Shown one piece after another: positions 37,033 through 50,100 of a stretch of DNA of 64,000 nucleotides. A program made the translations under genes and the position numbers. Position 1 is the stretch's first letter; each line of letters starts with the position of its first letter. The stretch comes from Paecilomyces variotii (lineage: Eukaryota), in assembly GCA_004022145.1 (NCBI GenBank), contig RCNU01000008.1. One strand, 5' to 3'. Under the pieces are notes generated by a model, which had not been told where the DNA came from, did not search any database, and worked only from the letters and a program-made list of their open reading frames with translations.

Positions 37033-39716
37033 CTAATAGGCAGTTCCGACACTGGCGAGACCCTTTGTTGGCATCGGCTGCAACGGCTGATCCTTGGCAG
37101 CGACCAGGGAGTCTTCATAGCCCACCAGAGCTTGAGCGTGCAGCTTGAAGGATTCACCCATAAGCTTGGTGATTCTGTACGCATCAAGTCAGCTAGGTGC
37201 AGTAAAATGGAAAGATGATAAAATTCTCAAACTTACCCCCAAACTACCACACCGTCTAGGATGTTACCCCATACACGGGCCACGGTGGAGCTAAGTTTGC
37301 CGAATGCATCGACGGAGTCATCATCAAAGAGATTCCGCACTTTGTTGTAGATAGCCAGCTCAGCCTCGGTGGCTGGCTCCTCGTCATGTTCCAGGCGATA
37401 GAGCCAGAGGCTGAGAATGACCATCAGGTCAAGGCCGCAGAGTGGGTGCTCGACACTCCAGTTTGTCGCGGAGGTTTTGGCAACCCAGTTGATGCCCTGG
37501 ATGGCTGCGATTTCGATACACTCGAAGCACTGCTGGATGACCTTGTTCATCTCTTGGGAGCGCTTAACCTTCTCCCGAGCAACGGTCATAGCGGCAGCAA
37601 CTTCATAGGAAGAGTGGTATCGGAGCGCCTCCTGAATCGACTTGAGATCAACTTCCAGGCGGGCGCGAGTGTTTCGGTACACCGCCATCGAGTTGAAGAT
37701 GAGGGGATGGCCCTTTTGAGGGGTGCTCAACGGCACAACTATCGTCTCCGGTTCGCAGACCTCCAAAGAGCTCTCCCATGTCTCCAGAGCCAGACGAAGC
37801 TTGTACTCGGTCACGACATCCTGCAGAGCTTCGAAGCTGCGCTTATGGCTCCAGACCTGCAGGAAGAGAGCGTTGATCATGACTCGCGTAGCGAAGGCAC
37901 TGTAGCGGGTCTGTTCACCCTGGAACAGGCTGTCATGAGCTTGCCGAACAGTAACGACAGTCGAAGAGGCCAGGCTGCGGCGCCAGGTCTCCTCGTCCGT
38001 CACTTCGAGGTTCCATAGAGACTCCGAAGATGGGAGCTCCAAGCTGTCGAACTCGTCAAAGCTCATCGCAGGCGTGTGGTTGAACGTAAGCGTCAACATG
38101 CCAAAGAAGATGTACACAGCGTAGTACGTCCGGCGACACGACTCATCCTCGATCCACTCCTCGCGCGACGGGGCAACACCTCCGCGAGCCTCAGTGCGCA
38201 GCTTCAGTTGATATCGGTTTCCGGCAACCATGTTCGCAAGCAGACTCTTGATCGAGCAGGTCCACTCCAGGCCCTTAGGGTCACCGCTCCAGCTCTCAAA
38301 GACCATGTTCAAGAGGGTGCTCTGCATGGCCCACAGAGGGCATTTTCGCGAGTCAAAGTTCTCCTTGTGCTGCAAGAACTGGTTCACCAACACCTTTGAG
38401 CCCACGTGCAGCATGAATGCATGCTCGCGCTCAAACGTGTAGAGAGCACCAATGGACAGAACAGCCAACAGTAGGGGCGAAGATACGGTCGTGGGCTTGA
38501 AGGACTCCTGATGCAGGAACGGCAAGTGGTGGTGGTAGAGGTTGAAATACGTCGACAGATAGCGATTTAGCGAAGCCGTGGAGGGGAGCTGGAAGGTATC
38601 TGGTAGCGTAGACAGCGCATCTGCACTCTTGACCCGCTCGATAATGATATTGCGCTCCATATCATTGGCGATCTGGGGAGCCTTGGGAAGCGTCAGAGCC
38701 TGGCTCGGTCCCGGAGACCGGCGATAGTTCACGGGGCTGACGGGACCCGTCATGGACGGATACGGCGACAGCGCATTGGGCGTCGAGTTGCCAGACATGG
38801 GGAGAGAGTGGACAAACGAGTGCAGCGATGGCGCAAGCACATCACCGACGGGGCCGTCGCGCTCCATCATCGAGGGAAGCTGGTGACCATGGGCCGCGGA
38901 CTCTTGCGACGCGAACGAGTTGGTCATCGGGTGGTGCTTCGTCTCCGAGGGAGAGATCAGGGTGTCCCAGGGCATCTGCGGGAGCGTCGCGTTGCCAGAC
39001 AGATATCCGACGGAAGGTTCCAGCAGAGGACCGCGTTCCGGCGAATATGAGCGATTCGATCCCGCACGATCGTTGACTTGACCAGTAGCAGCTGCCGCGG
39101 CCTTATGTTGGAAATCTGTCATCAACATAGCTGCAGTTTCAAGATCGACCATACCATCACTGCTTGCCTCAATCTGCTCCAACGTTGCTGGGTCGATGGT
39201 GATGGATGGCTTGGACGAGCCTGAGGCAGGCGAAGTCTTCTGCACACCACCACCACGCCTGCGTCCCTCAGTCACCAGAGGGATTCCTCCATCCTTGGCG
39301 TGGACAGTGCGGTCATGGCGGAGGAGGAGGTCTCGGCGCACAAATGTACTCCGACATTTTAGGCATTTGAAGGGTCTCTCTTTTGTGTCTAATGCGTAGT
39401 GACGTTAGCAATGAGGCTGACGCGTGTCAATGCGCGCGGTGCCTGAGGCTCTTGACCTAGAGAGACATAAACCAAAGGGGGCGGAGTAAGGATATAATGG
39501 TATTGGAGGTCATGATATCCGGTCCTTCGCGGGACGGGGCGCACAGGGGCCACCAAAACCGTAGAAAAACCACTTACGGGATCGCTCATGTCTGCTGCGG
39601 TGCTCACTTCGACTGAAGGCGCGATTGCAGAACTGGCACTTGTATTTCTTCTCTGGGGCAGAAGTGGCCTTTTTGGCGGGCGAATTGCTCGCCGCGGCGG
39701 GGGCTGTGGGAGCCAT
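37033..39716 (-). CDS. C2H2 zinc-finger transcription factor with fungal-specific TF domain (Klf1/Tda9/Rsf2-like architecture); 3 exons
   Basis: YKCQFCNRAFSRSEHRSRHERSHTKERPFKCLKCRSTFVRRDLLLRHDRTVH across intron 39389-39577; YFNLYHHHLPFLH and WIEDESCRRTYY; last exon ITKLMGESF...VGTAY*. Confidence 0.9.
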
Positions 39717-40526
39717 GTCAACAGATGGTGCGGGAACGAGTACGGCACGACAGCTCTGCTCTGCTCAGTACGGTATCGACGGGGCGGAGGGACGTTGTCG
39801 TTCAGCACGCTCACACCGTGTCTGGAGGCGATTTAGTGACGGGGTGGAGTCAATTTGGTGTCTGATCATTCCTTGAGCGGGGGAAAGGTGTGAATAGAGA
39901 AAAGAGGAAGCGTCCAGCCACAGGCGGACGAGCAGATAACTAGAGAGGGGGGCGCAAAAGGCCTGAAAAGAAGCGCTGTCAAGAGGGAGGGATGATCCGA
40001 GGATGGAGGACGGATGGTGTTGAACGACCACAATGGAGAAAGAGTTGAAAGAGAAGAATGGAGAGATGGAGAAAGAGTAGAAGAGAGAGAGGGGGGGGGA
40101 GGTGGTTGAATAAGGAAAAGAAGGGAAAGTGGCCGCTGAAAGTTGGTGGAAGAAGCGCGAGTGTCCGAGTCGCAGGCGGGCCGTGGACTGAAGAGCGACG
40201 AGGGGCCAACTGGGCGGCGACGGAGCAGGCCAGGGAGGGGCTTCGGGCGGACCAGCAGGGAGGGGAAGGGGGGTCGCCGATATGCACACGCACCGAGGGG
40301 TGAAATTCCACGCGGGCGTCCGCAACGGCCCCTCTCTCTCTCTACCTAAGTTAGGCTTGTTCTAAGTCTAACGCGTCCGATACGGGACGCGGTACTATCG
40401 ATCCTGGCACAAACAGACCGTCCACGACAGCCCACTTGGCTGCTTGGCTGCAACCCGTCATCCCGGTTCGACCGGGGTCTCATCGAGTCGGTAAGCCTGC
40501 AGTGGGTGTTGGTGTTGGACTCGCTG

Positions 40527-40588
40527 CGTATCGTATCGTATCGTATCGGATGCCGTGACCATACCATACCATACCATACCATACCATA
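40527..40588. repeat. Adjacent pentanucleotide microsatellites (CGTAT)4 and (CCATA)6
   Basis: Direct reading at 40527-40546 and 40559-40588. Confidence 0.9.
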
Positions 40589-43500
40589 CTATAATATCCC
40601 ATGTGGTATGTGCTAGCCCAGAGCTAACTAATTACCTCAGTTACCAGTACCAGGGAGTCAGGTCTCAAGTCAAGGACAAGTAAGTCGTTGGAGTACCCAG
40701 ATGTATCTATCTATCCTTTCTTTAATGATTATTATTATTATTATCATCATCATTATTATCTTTAGCTAAACTCATTGCACCCTTCAGCTAAACTATGTCT
40801 ATAATATTGTAGTCTATGGCAGTCTAGTCTAACTACTACTAGTCTCGAGAAGAGTTCCTCTGCTCTGGGTTAAAACTGAACATTAACACCCAAGCCTTTC
40901 TTAGCCCTCTTTTTCTCTGTTCTCCCAGCCTCCCCCGACTTGACACAGTTCACACGCACCAGAAGTGATTGCCCCTCGCCCCCCCTCATTCATCCCTTTC
41001 TGCTGCTGCTGCTGCTATCTACTACTACGACCCCCTCCTAACTTGCCTAACTGGTCCGACTGGTTCCCTTTTCCATCCTCTCTCCATCCTCTCTCGGCCT
41101 CACCATCACCCTCAGCCCGTCACCTCCGGCTGCCCTGTCGCGCATCCCGGTCGCACACACAGCGTCACGGAGGCTTGATGGAACTACGATCGCTGGTCTA
41201 TTTTTTTTTTTTTTCTTTTTTATTTTTTGCCCTCAGCTCCCCGAGACACCGGCCACATTGTACGTGATGGTTGTTTTGTAGTTTCATTGGCTTTCCCACA
41301 GAGCGTGATTTGTATTGCAGTTTCTCTGTTGGATGTTCGTTACCCCTCCAGTCCCCCTCTGAACGCCCCTCGATGAATCTCCCCTCCCCAGCCCCTCTTG
41401 AGACGACGCAGTGGCACACGGGGTCCTGGATGTGTAGTTTGTACTCTATGATTACCGTACGGTTTGAAAGCGCACTAGCCGTCACTTTACGATCGTGAGA
41501 AAGACGCTGAAGTCACCTCGCGTCCGATCACTGGGGCGATGGGTTCGGCGGATGCACAATTAGGGGCCAGTGGTCATCCTGATCCCCTTATGCTCCGCAG
41601 GGCGCAACGCCGTTGGAGCCTGCTAGGGTTAATCGCCCGCTGCCGCGCCAGTCCATCAGTTTCCGCACAAAAGGTTGGGTCTAGATAGCCTGGCGAAACG
41701 AATCGCGGTCGCACAATCCTGTGGCTTCCGGGTGCTGTGCCACAGCCCAGGGGACGTCGAGATAGACGCTTTGCTGCTAACCAACTAGTTCACCTAACCT
41801 CGGATGTTCTTTCTTTTGCTCGTCGGTTCCCAGGTCACCTGCCGCCGGTCTGCTGCAGCATTGCCAGTTCAGACGCGCACACATGATCTGCCTGCGTCAG
41901 TGAATCAATCCGCCAGAGAAAGACCCGAGAATCGAATACGATCACTTGTCAGGCTGGTGGACAGTTATTGGTTTCTGGTGGTTTAATGCCCAGGACGATG
42001 CTGCCATGTGTGGAAATGCCCCGGGGGATGGGATGGCGGCTTGCAGCTCCAGATGCGCGCCAGCAGCCTCACCCGGAGACGCGCTCTCGTTCCGCGCATG
42101 GCCCACTCGGCCTGCCAGGGCTGGCAGATGCCCCCGGTCGGTGATACGGACACGTATGGCCCTCGCTCGTCGTCCATTATTATTTCTTGTTCTCTTTGAT
42201 CATTAATAGATTATTCACTATAATTAAATTCATCTGACGATGATGTTGAGCGATGAGTGGTCCATTTCGGCCATGCTGACTGTGCCATTGTGCTGGCAAC
42301 AACTGCAGGGTCTGGAGGGATGAGCATGCAGCAATAATATAATTAGCATACGCAGCTGTACACGGTAGTATTTAATTAATTATCTTATGCTAAGGCAGCT
42401 AAGCTATGCTCTCCTATTCCTATACAACTATGTACTGCTTGTATCGATAGATACTCCGTACACGGTACACCACACAACACAGACGGTCTAGAAAGGCCGA
42501 CCTCATCCTGGTCCGCGAAATCCCGGAATGTGCAGTGGGGGATTGCTCTGCCCCACCTGGTCAGCAGTTAGTTTGATTTTCTCCATCCGCAACATCTGCC
42601 AGGGACACCGGTTACTTGGGAAACACCACCGCGCTGGTATTCGCTTGCTCCGGATGCCACCACGGATCACCACCATCGTTACTACTATTATTATGATGAT
42701 TATTCTTATTCTTACCATGTTCTGATAATTATAATCAAATAACTGATCGTAATCACTATAGAATGTGACAACGGCCGTGCGCAACTCAATCGAAGCTGCC
42801 CAACTGGACCGCCCTAACAGGACGGTAAGAGTATTGTAAACTAATATCTAGAGTATTATTATTGTTATATCGGCTCATGCAGCTAAGCTCAGCTAAGCAG
42901 AACAGCAAACGACCCACGGCCTCACCGCTCTCCAAGCCTGCGGCAGATGGAAAGCGGTGAATCGGTCAGCTTTACGCTTCTGGGCATCGCCCGCAATCAT
43001 CCACGCGGAAGAATAATAATGATGATGAACAAGAGGTGAAGACGCAGCAGCAGTCGAAAAAGTCGATCTCCAAGCTCGCCATGGTCCTACTCGATTGTCC
43101 ATCCACTGCTCCACTTGCCGGCCCATGCAGCGGTCCGACCCAGCCCAACGTCCGCAAAATCAGGCTGGTTCGATGGACGACGCTGCCGTGCAAACGCATC
43201 GCGGCTCTGGTTCAGGTGCCACCGCCAGATCTGCCCACAGGCGGTATGCCAAAATCGTTCTCTTTTTTCACCACCACCTGCCCAACGAGGACAGCTTTCA
43301 TTCCCCAAACGAGGAGTTCAGGGAGCTCTCTGATCTGTCGAGTTTGTTGGCTTGTACTCTAAGCTTCCCCTTGCTGCAGATACCCGCTTCCCATACTTTC
43401 TGTCCGACGTCAACAACGAGCGCCATCATCGCTCACGCTTCAAAAATACCGTCTAAACCGGACCAGTCGGTGCTCCACTACTAGAGAGCTACCGTCGCAG

Positions 43501-44739
43501 GAGTCAGGAACATCTTCCCCGAATGCGTCCTGCACCAACTACCATCGAGTCCTGACGCCCACGCACCCGTCTTGGCGGGCCCATGCCCCGACGAGCTTGA
43601 GATGGCCCGGTATCCTTAGCCATCGCACACACGTCTGCAAAATAATATCCCGACCTTCACGCGAACTGGCCAAGTCGGTGAGGCCAGAAGTAAACACTCC
43701 TCTGCTTGACCGCCTCGCTGCACGGAATGAAGAGGGAGAAAAATTGGCCCAACTGGTGGAGTAAAGAGTTTATAGCATCATCGACCAGTTGTTCTCTCGT
43801 CTAATAATACGTGGCAAGCATAAGTCTTTTAACTTAACCCTGCAACACGTGTCAGAGGATTGGTCTGGATGTCCAAGATCTGACCGGTATTTTTTGATGT
43901 TTTTTGATGTTTTTTTTTGTTGATTCTCGCTTCGCTTGTTGTGCGACGAGGGTTTTCCATGCTGGGGACACGCGCTCCAGGCCCAAGCGAACAGATCGCC
44001 TGGTATCTATCCTTGGTGCTGGGTCACAAGTGCCGGTGGTCGAAGAATCCGATGGCCAGGAGAGGGACGCCCTTCCCGGTTCCCCGATGCATTCGGTAAA
44101 TTCTAATTTCTCATCCCTGGCGGCAGCCCTTTTGCGATCATTCCTATCTGATTTATGTCGGTAATTATAATTATGGCATGCTAGGAAACAAAGTCGCGTT
44201 ATGCTACTGGGGTTCTTCGGGCCATACGCGGAGCAGGCTTCTCGTTCCATGGTTCTCTCCCGTCACGCCCGCCGGGCACAGTACCATGGATGACTGACGA
44301 GCGTATGGAGTAGCTAAAATCAGATCACGATACAAGTACACGATCGTAGTCGTCCATGGCCGGCCTTCTTTTTTTCAAGTACGTCCTGAGCCGTTCGATG
44401 ACGGCATGATTGTCGGGGACCACTACTATTGGAATAATATCCGGGAAGTGAACGACATACCAACAAAGTCAATCCACGCGTAGTTCACAGCAATAATTTC
44501 CCTGTTCGCGACAGATCGTTTGTGTCTCTGGCACGCTTCAGCGGCAGACTCAGGTCAGCCCCGAGCGAGACAGCCAACATTGTTGCCAAGTCGAGCAATT
44601 TCATTTGAAGCGTGATGTGTCTTTTTTTGCAGAGGGCAGACCTGTTTCTTTGTTCCAGTCAGAGACGGTGCCTTCGCTCCCGCACAGCTGCCCCTGAGGG
44701 GGGCGGTATGCGCCGGCATCGACGGGTATAATTTGACAA

Positions 44740-46570
44740 TAATACATAACAATGCTGAACCCCAGTCAAGCCACGGGACAAAGTTACTACTCTTTACACC
44801 AACAACAACAAGAATAAGAACGACAACGCGGGTCCTCTCGAAAGGACTGGTGGAGGATCACGAACGTTCTCGAAGGCAGTCCGTCGATTCAGGCCGTCCG
44901 CTAGACTGGGAAAGGGGGTGGTTGGATTTGGAAAGAGTTCAAGACCCATTTGGAGGGGATTCAGCCGGCTTCCGATTGAACAGACTTGATTCCAAGCAGG
45001 AAAAACTAACTTTCGTTATCCAATATTTTACCAGCTATAGCATCCACGGGATAGATAGCAACCAAATAATAATAATAATACATACCCGTGTCGTAAGTAT
45101 CCATAATTATTTATTGTTATTACAGTATTACTCTCATCCATGCGAACATTGCTGTATCATCATGTGCATTATACGCGCCGCCACCGCCTCCTAGATTATC
45201 GAAGCCCGCACATCCTACTCCGTAGATACCGGGTTGGATACTGCCATCGAGTTTAGTAGCCACAGCCGTTGTTCCTTTTTAATTGATAAACTTTTTTTTC
45301 CAGACGGCTTAGAATTTAGATAGATAGAGCATGCATATGTATGTACCAGGGCTGAGATTTAGGGGGTCATTTAACTGCTACTAATATGATTTCCCTCCTA
45401 AGTTCTAACCCACCACCTCTCCAGCGAGGGGCAACATAGCCCCTCCCCCTAACTTGCGCTTCTCTTTTTCTGCCCCTCCTAGAATAATAATATACTCTAG
45501 AGTAAAAAAATAACATGCACGACTATGCGCAATGTTATTTATCGATTCTGACGTATACAATATCTAACCCCCTTAAAGAAAAGCCCCTCATGCATAACTA
45601 ATAATTTCCTTTGATTGTTTTTAACGTAACTTAAAAGTTCGCCACTATGCGACTAATTAACTATGGTATAGTATGCGCTTTGCTGCATAGGGCAGGGAGG
45701 GGGGGGGGGAGGTTAATTTTATGTTCCCCGACCCGAGAAGATCTACGGAGTACTACTCGAGTTATCTTAAAATTGAACAAAGAAAGAAAATCCGACTGGA
45801 ATTATCCACCTAAGCCCAGGAATAAAAAGGAACTGATAAACTACGACCCCTCATACCCATACCCATGAAACAACTTAAGCCATTAGAACCATGCAAGAAT
45901 CCCTGGCTAGTTGGCGCACGCTATAATATAAACCAGACTAAATGCATCCCAGAATTAGTTATAGCAGAAAATGTTATTCACCTGGGTAGACTAGATAAGC
46001 AAGAAATCTTCTTTCTGCTTTCCTTCTAGGAAAAGAGGAGTATTTTGCCCGTTTTAGATTACAAATTATTATGAATGTTAGTTATTTATTATCTCTCCCT
46101 AGTCTATTTTATATAGCGCTGTAGGGGAGAGGGAAAATGTAATAGTTAGTTAGAGACGGTTCGAAGAGCGTAGTAGTAACTAATAACTATAGTTCTAGTC
46201 CCTGTAGAGAGAAAAAAAAAAAACGGGAATCTATTATCTGATTATAATCCGTCTTAATATATATATGCGGATATATAGTAAATGTAAACATCGCATCCTT
46301 TTCTCTCCTGTTATATAAACTAGGTATATAAGCCGTTGCATACGTCAAGTTAGAACTTTAGTCTCTCTTCTGTAACTGCATAGTAGTTACCGTATACTAC
46401 AGTTTATCCGGACGACGATATAGTTATTTCTCGGTACGTGCTATTTCATAAAGTATACTTTTCTCTAGGACGGGCCCGCGTCGTCGTTATTATTGTTGTT
46501 GCAGAGACTCGAGAGTAACTTTGTCCCGTGGCTTGACTGGGTTTTCCTCTACTTAGCACTATGTATTGTT
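44740..46570. repeat. Long inverted-repeat pair (~100-bp arms, 28-bp perfect core) bounding ~1.8 kb
   Basis: CCCAGTCAAGCCACGGGACAAAGTTACT at 44761-44788 is the exact reverse complement of 46514-46541; the adjacent CAACAACAA..AATAA..CGAC.ACGCGGG block also matches. Confidence 0.8.
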
Positions 46571-49500
46571 TATATTCTGGTTTATATTTATCTTTTCCTG
46601 CTAGTTCGAGTCTATACTGCAGGAAGAAGCTAATATATCGAGTAGTGTGTTAGCGCTCACGGCTTCTGTAGAGGCGAGCTGCAAAGGGCCTCTATTACCC
46701 AATATGGATAGGATAGAGCAAATAACAGGAAACCACCTATATCTATCAATATAGGATCAAAGCAGACATGCTAGAACTATAGATGCTCAAAGACAGTGTT
46801 CTAGCTTAGCTCCAGGCAGCAGTAGATCCAGGATAGAGTCTGTGGGTACAAATAGCAGATGGATTTCGGTACTCTCTAGTTCTCCAAGCAGTTGATATTC
46901 TATTCCCGTATCATATACTTTTCTACTGTCTTTGCTTCCGTGGTCTTAGGTTTCTATATAGTGTTTCGAGATAAGCAATCTTGTAGTCGATATATATTTA
47001 AACAGTGTAGCGGATAAGGTGAGCGTAAAAATGCGAATTATAACTTTTCGTATAAGAGGATCAAGGTATATAAACTGTAACTGGAAGGAAAAAGGTCCAA
47101 TTTAACCTATGACTAACATTTTTCGAATTAATTATCCCCTACCTTATCTCGGATTAAGCCTCTAACTTGCTGGTATAAACTAAGGAAGTTACCTACGTCT
47201 ACATCTCTCAAGTTGCGAGCGTTTAGAATATAGTGCTCTAAAACAGACAAGACGAATAGTAATATTACTAGACAAGTAAACATATTAGTAACTCCCAGTG
47301 TAGTTTAGCCAGGAGATAAAATGCTCCGATAGATATGCACATAAGGGGTACATCTTGGTAATCTGTTATGTTGACTATTTGCAGCACGTTCTTTAAGATC
47401 CCAACTATAGCATAGAACCTACTAGGTCTCTAGAATATAGATTCTTCATATACGATAGGATACATACTCAGGACTAATCTCCCCCTAGACCTAGAAGTCA
47501 AGCAATCTAGCTATTAGCTAGGAGTTGCAAATTATAGAACTATGCTTCTATGCTTTAGATTCAACACAGTATAGACAGGCATGTATACATATAAAATAGA
47601 CACGACCGTAGAGAACAGAAAATACAAAGTGGATATAAATCATGCTCTCTCTCCTCTATCTGTAAACACTTACTATTGCCGTCCTCACAGACAAAGCTAC
47701 TTCCGCTTCTTAAAAATAGGTTATTATTCTAACATTTACTGGGTAAGACTGTTTATTTATAGTACAGAGAAAAACAGCAAAACATGCTGATAGTAGGCGG
47801 ACTTTGCTTGTTATTGCCCGTTGCCAACCGAAAAAATTATACTAGGACGCGGAATCTATCTCCTAGGATTTCCAAAGCCGCAGAGACTCACAGAATAAAC
47901 GAGATCAGAGGGACTTAACTAGACGATGAGAAGAGAAAGTACGATTATTAGAAGCCTATTCCAACAGCATCTCACATATTACTATATATACCCGATAACA
48001 TCGACAACCGAGAAGAAGCGAGCTACAAGTATCCTAGTATATTCAAATTTTGTCTCTCTAGATAAGACCAGAACCCCAGCTGGAGTAATCACTAAATCAG
48101 GTATCGGAACCCAGTCATACATACTTATCTACAATGCTACCTCAACACCCTTCGTCACGTATAACAACTTCGTATACACTTACTACCCTAGTTCTCGTGT
48201 GACATAGAGCTCGAGCATTTGAACATATCAAAAAAGGGGGATATGTTTACCCCAAAAGGCATCTAGTATGGCCCCGATGTCTCGGATACGGGTTGACGTG
48301 CCTGATTTTAATCTGGACGCGCTGCCGAGGCAGAAGGCTCGTGGCACGTGAAACTGATGGGGATGACACACGCTCGTTAATTAGACAGGGATTATTACGA
48401 CGGGTACGGAAATAGGGCTAAAGCGTAGGAATGGGAACTGGAGGTGGTGAAGTTGAGGGGACTTGAGAGGTACTTGGGCGTTGGGTTGTAGTTGGCGTTA
48501 GAGAGGGGTATGCATATAGATTGAATTTCGGATTTTGTTACTTTTCTAGAGAGAAAAAGATGAGTAGAGTGAGATAACCGAAGAGAAAATGTCACTCGCC
48601 CCGGTAAGCTCTGGATAACAACATATCCTGCTAGTCTACTATACAGTGTAGATTATACGCCGCACGTCGCTTCATGCGGAGGAGGGACAACTTGCTAATT
48701 GTCCTGTGATTCGTATGCATAACGAGGGGTTATAATGGAGATGACAATAGAAATAGCGAAAAGTGAAAGTCTATGATATTTAGTTAATGCATTTAGGCTA
48801 TCTGCAGCGGACTTGAGCAGGGGACTCAAGAGCGAAGGGTCTCCGATATAGCACGTCACGATAAGTCAGTAGTTCTCCAATAGTTATATATTGGCACCAT
48901 GCTGAACTAAGGAGGAAATAATTGGCTAAGAGGAACAAGATAGCTATCGAGGAGAACATGGATGCTAAATCGTTACATTTTTAGACCAGAGCAGCTAGTA
49001 TAGCAGACATCGCAAGATCTATGCAAACCCTTACCAGCAGCACGAGAAACTTACTATAGAATGATTCCGTCAAAATAATACATTTCTCCTCAGCATCGAG
49101 TTATCTACAAGGATTAATATGTCTATGTCTATGTTTCTATAAGTTCAAGAACTATACCCTATGCATGCGTCGAAATAGAAAGACCCGCCCTTACGAATTG
49201 TAGTTCCACATAGCAAGATATTGGTTTTAGTTGTATATCGTATCTCAACTACCCAGAATAAAGATCTATAAGAAGCTCTATAAGAATCACACGTTAGTAG
49301 CTATGAAATTAGTAGAAGTATAATGTGCCGGCACACAAAGCAAACGCCAGGTGATCTGTCAATCATCCGTTTGCGGCAAATTCTTCATGGCCTGAATATA
49401 GGATAGAACCTACTAGATTACGAGGATCTAGAGATAAATATGGGTTCAACCCCCCCCCTTAGGACCAGATTAAAGCAAGCAATTCAAGTTGTTCAGGTCA

Positions 49501-50100
49501 GATCTTGCTTCCGTGCTCTTTAATATTCGAAATAATGTTTAGATTCTATAACGACCCCCCAGATATTCAGAAATAACTTTTATTATTCGGTATCTTTTCT
49601 GTAGCTTTTCTTTCTCCTAGCTTACAGCAGAGGTAGCTCTCATAAACGCCCATACCATTTTTTATATTGATAGTATATGAGCAGGAAATAGATTCCGACA
49701 CTGCATCATATTCCATCATCTATAATATCTAAACCGGATAAGGTGCGTAGTACACACAATGCGACCAACATGCTAAGCTCCAGTATATGCGTCTAGATCG
49801 TGACAGAAAAGTAAAATCACCTGATATTGAAATCTTGTGATAGGCAGAACGCACTTGATGGAGGTGCATCTTTCAAGTCTTTTCGAGCCGCACAAAAAAA
49901 ACCTGCGTTTTGATTTCACCTTTCTTGGATTTTATGTCTTCTGCTGAGTTCCTAAGTTTCTGCGGATCATGATGGTCAATTGGAAATATTGCTGGTAGAT
50001 TGTCGTCTATTTAGTCGATCAACCCGAATAAATTTGCAGGACATCTCTGGAAAAATGTCGAACTGAACTGATCACAGCGCGGATTTGATCTGCTTTAGAG
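45250..50100. other. AT-rich, TpA/TAG/CTA-rich, ORF-poor island (RIP-like decayed DNA)
   Basis: Only three short ORFs in the track between 45.9 and 50.1 kb, against dense ORFs elsewhere. TAG/CTA/TATA are visibly frequent. Qualitative only; boundaries approximate. Confidence 0.55.
49389..49467 (+). pseudogene. Degenerate tRNA-like cloverleaf (possible tRNA-Arg(ACG) relic)
   Basis: GGCCTGA/TTAGG(A)CC acceptor; TAGG/CCTA D-like stem; CTAGAT/ATCTAG stem around TACGAGG; GGGTTCAACCCCC T-arm/B-box. Non-canonical D loop and a weak T stem. Confidence 0.35.

Noticed and set aside
36793..37035. Open frame continuing past the C2H2 factor's TAG (possible readthrough)
   Set aside because: The TAG-G context is not a known leaky signal, the extension looks like UTR, and it has no targeting motif.
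41535..41560. GGCGATGGGTTCGGC resembling the start of the bacterial fluoride (crcB) riboswitch
   Set aside because: The stem is imperfect, the downstream pseudoknot element is missing, and it lies ~7.6 kb from FEX on the opposite strand. Chance match.
42893..43484. Cluster of overlapping 70-130 aa ORFs
   Set aside because: No motif and no coherent splice model; most start at non-ATG codons.
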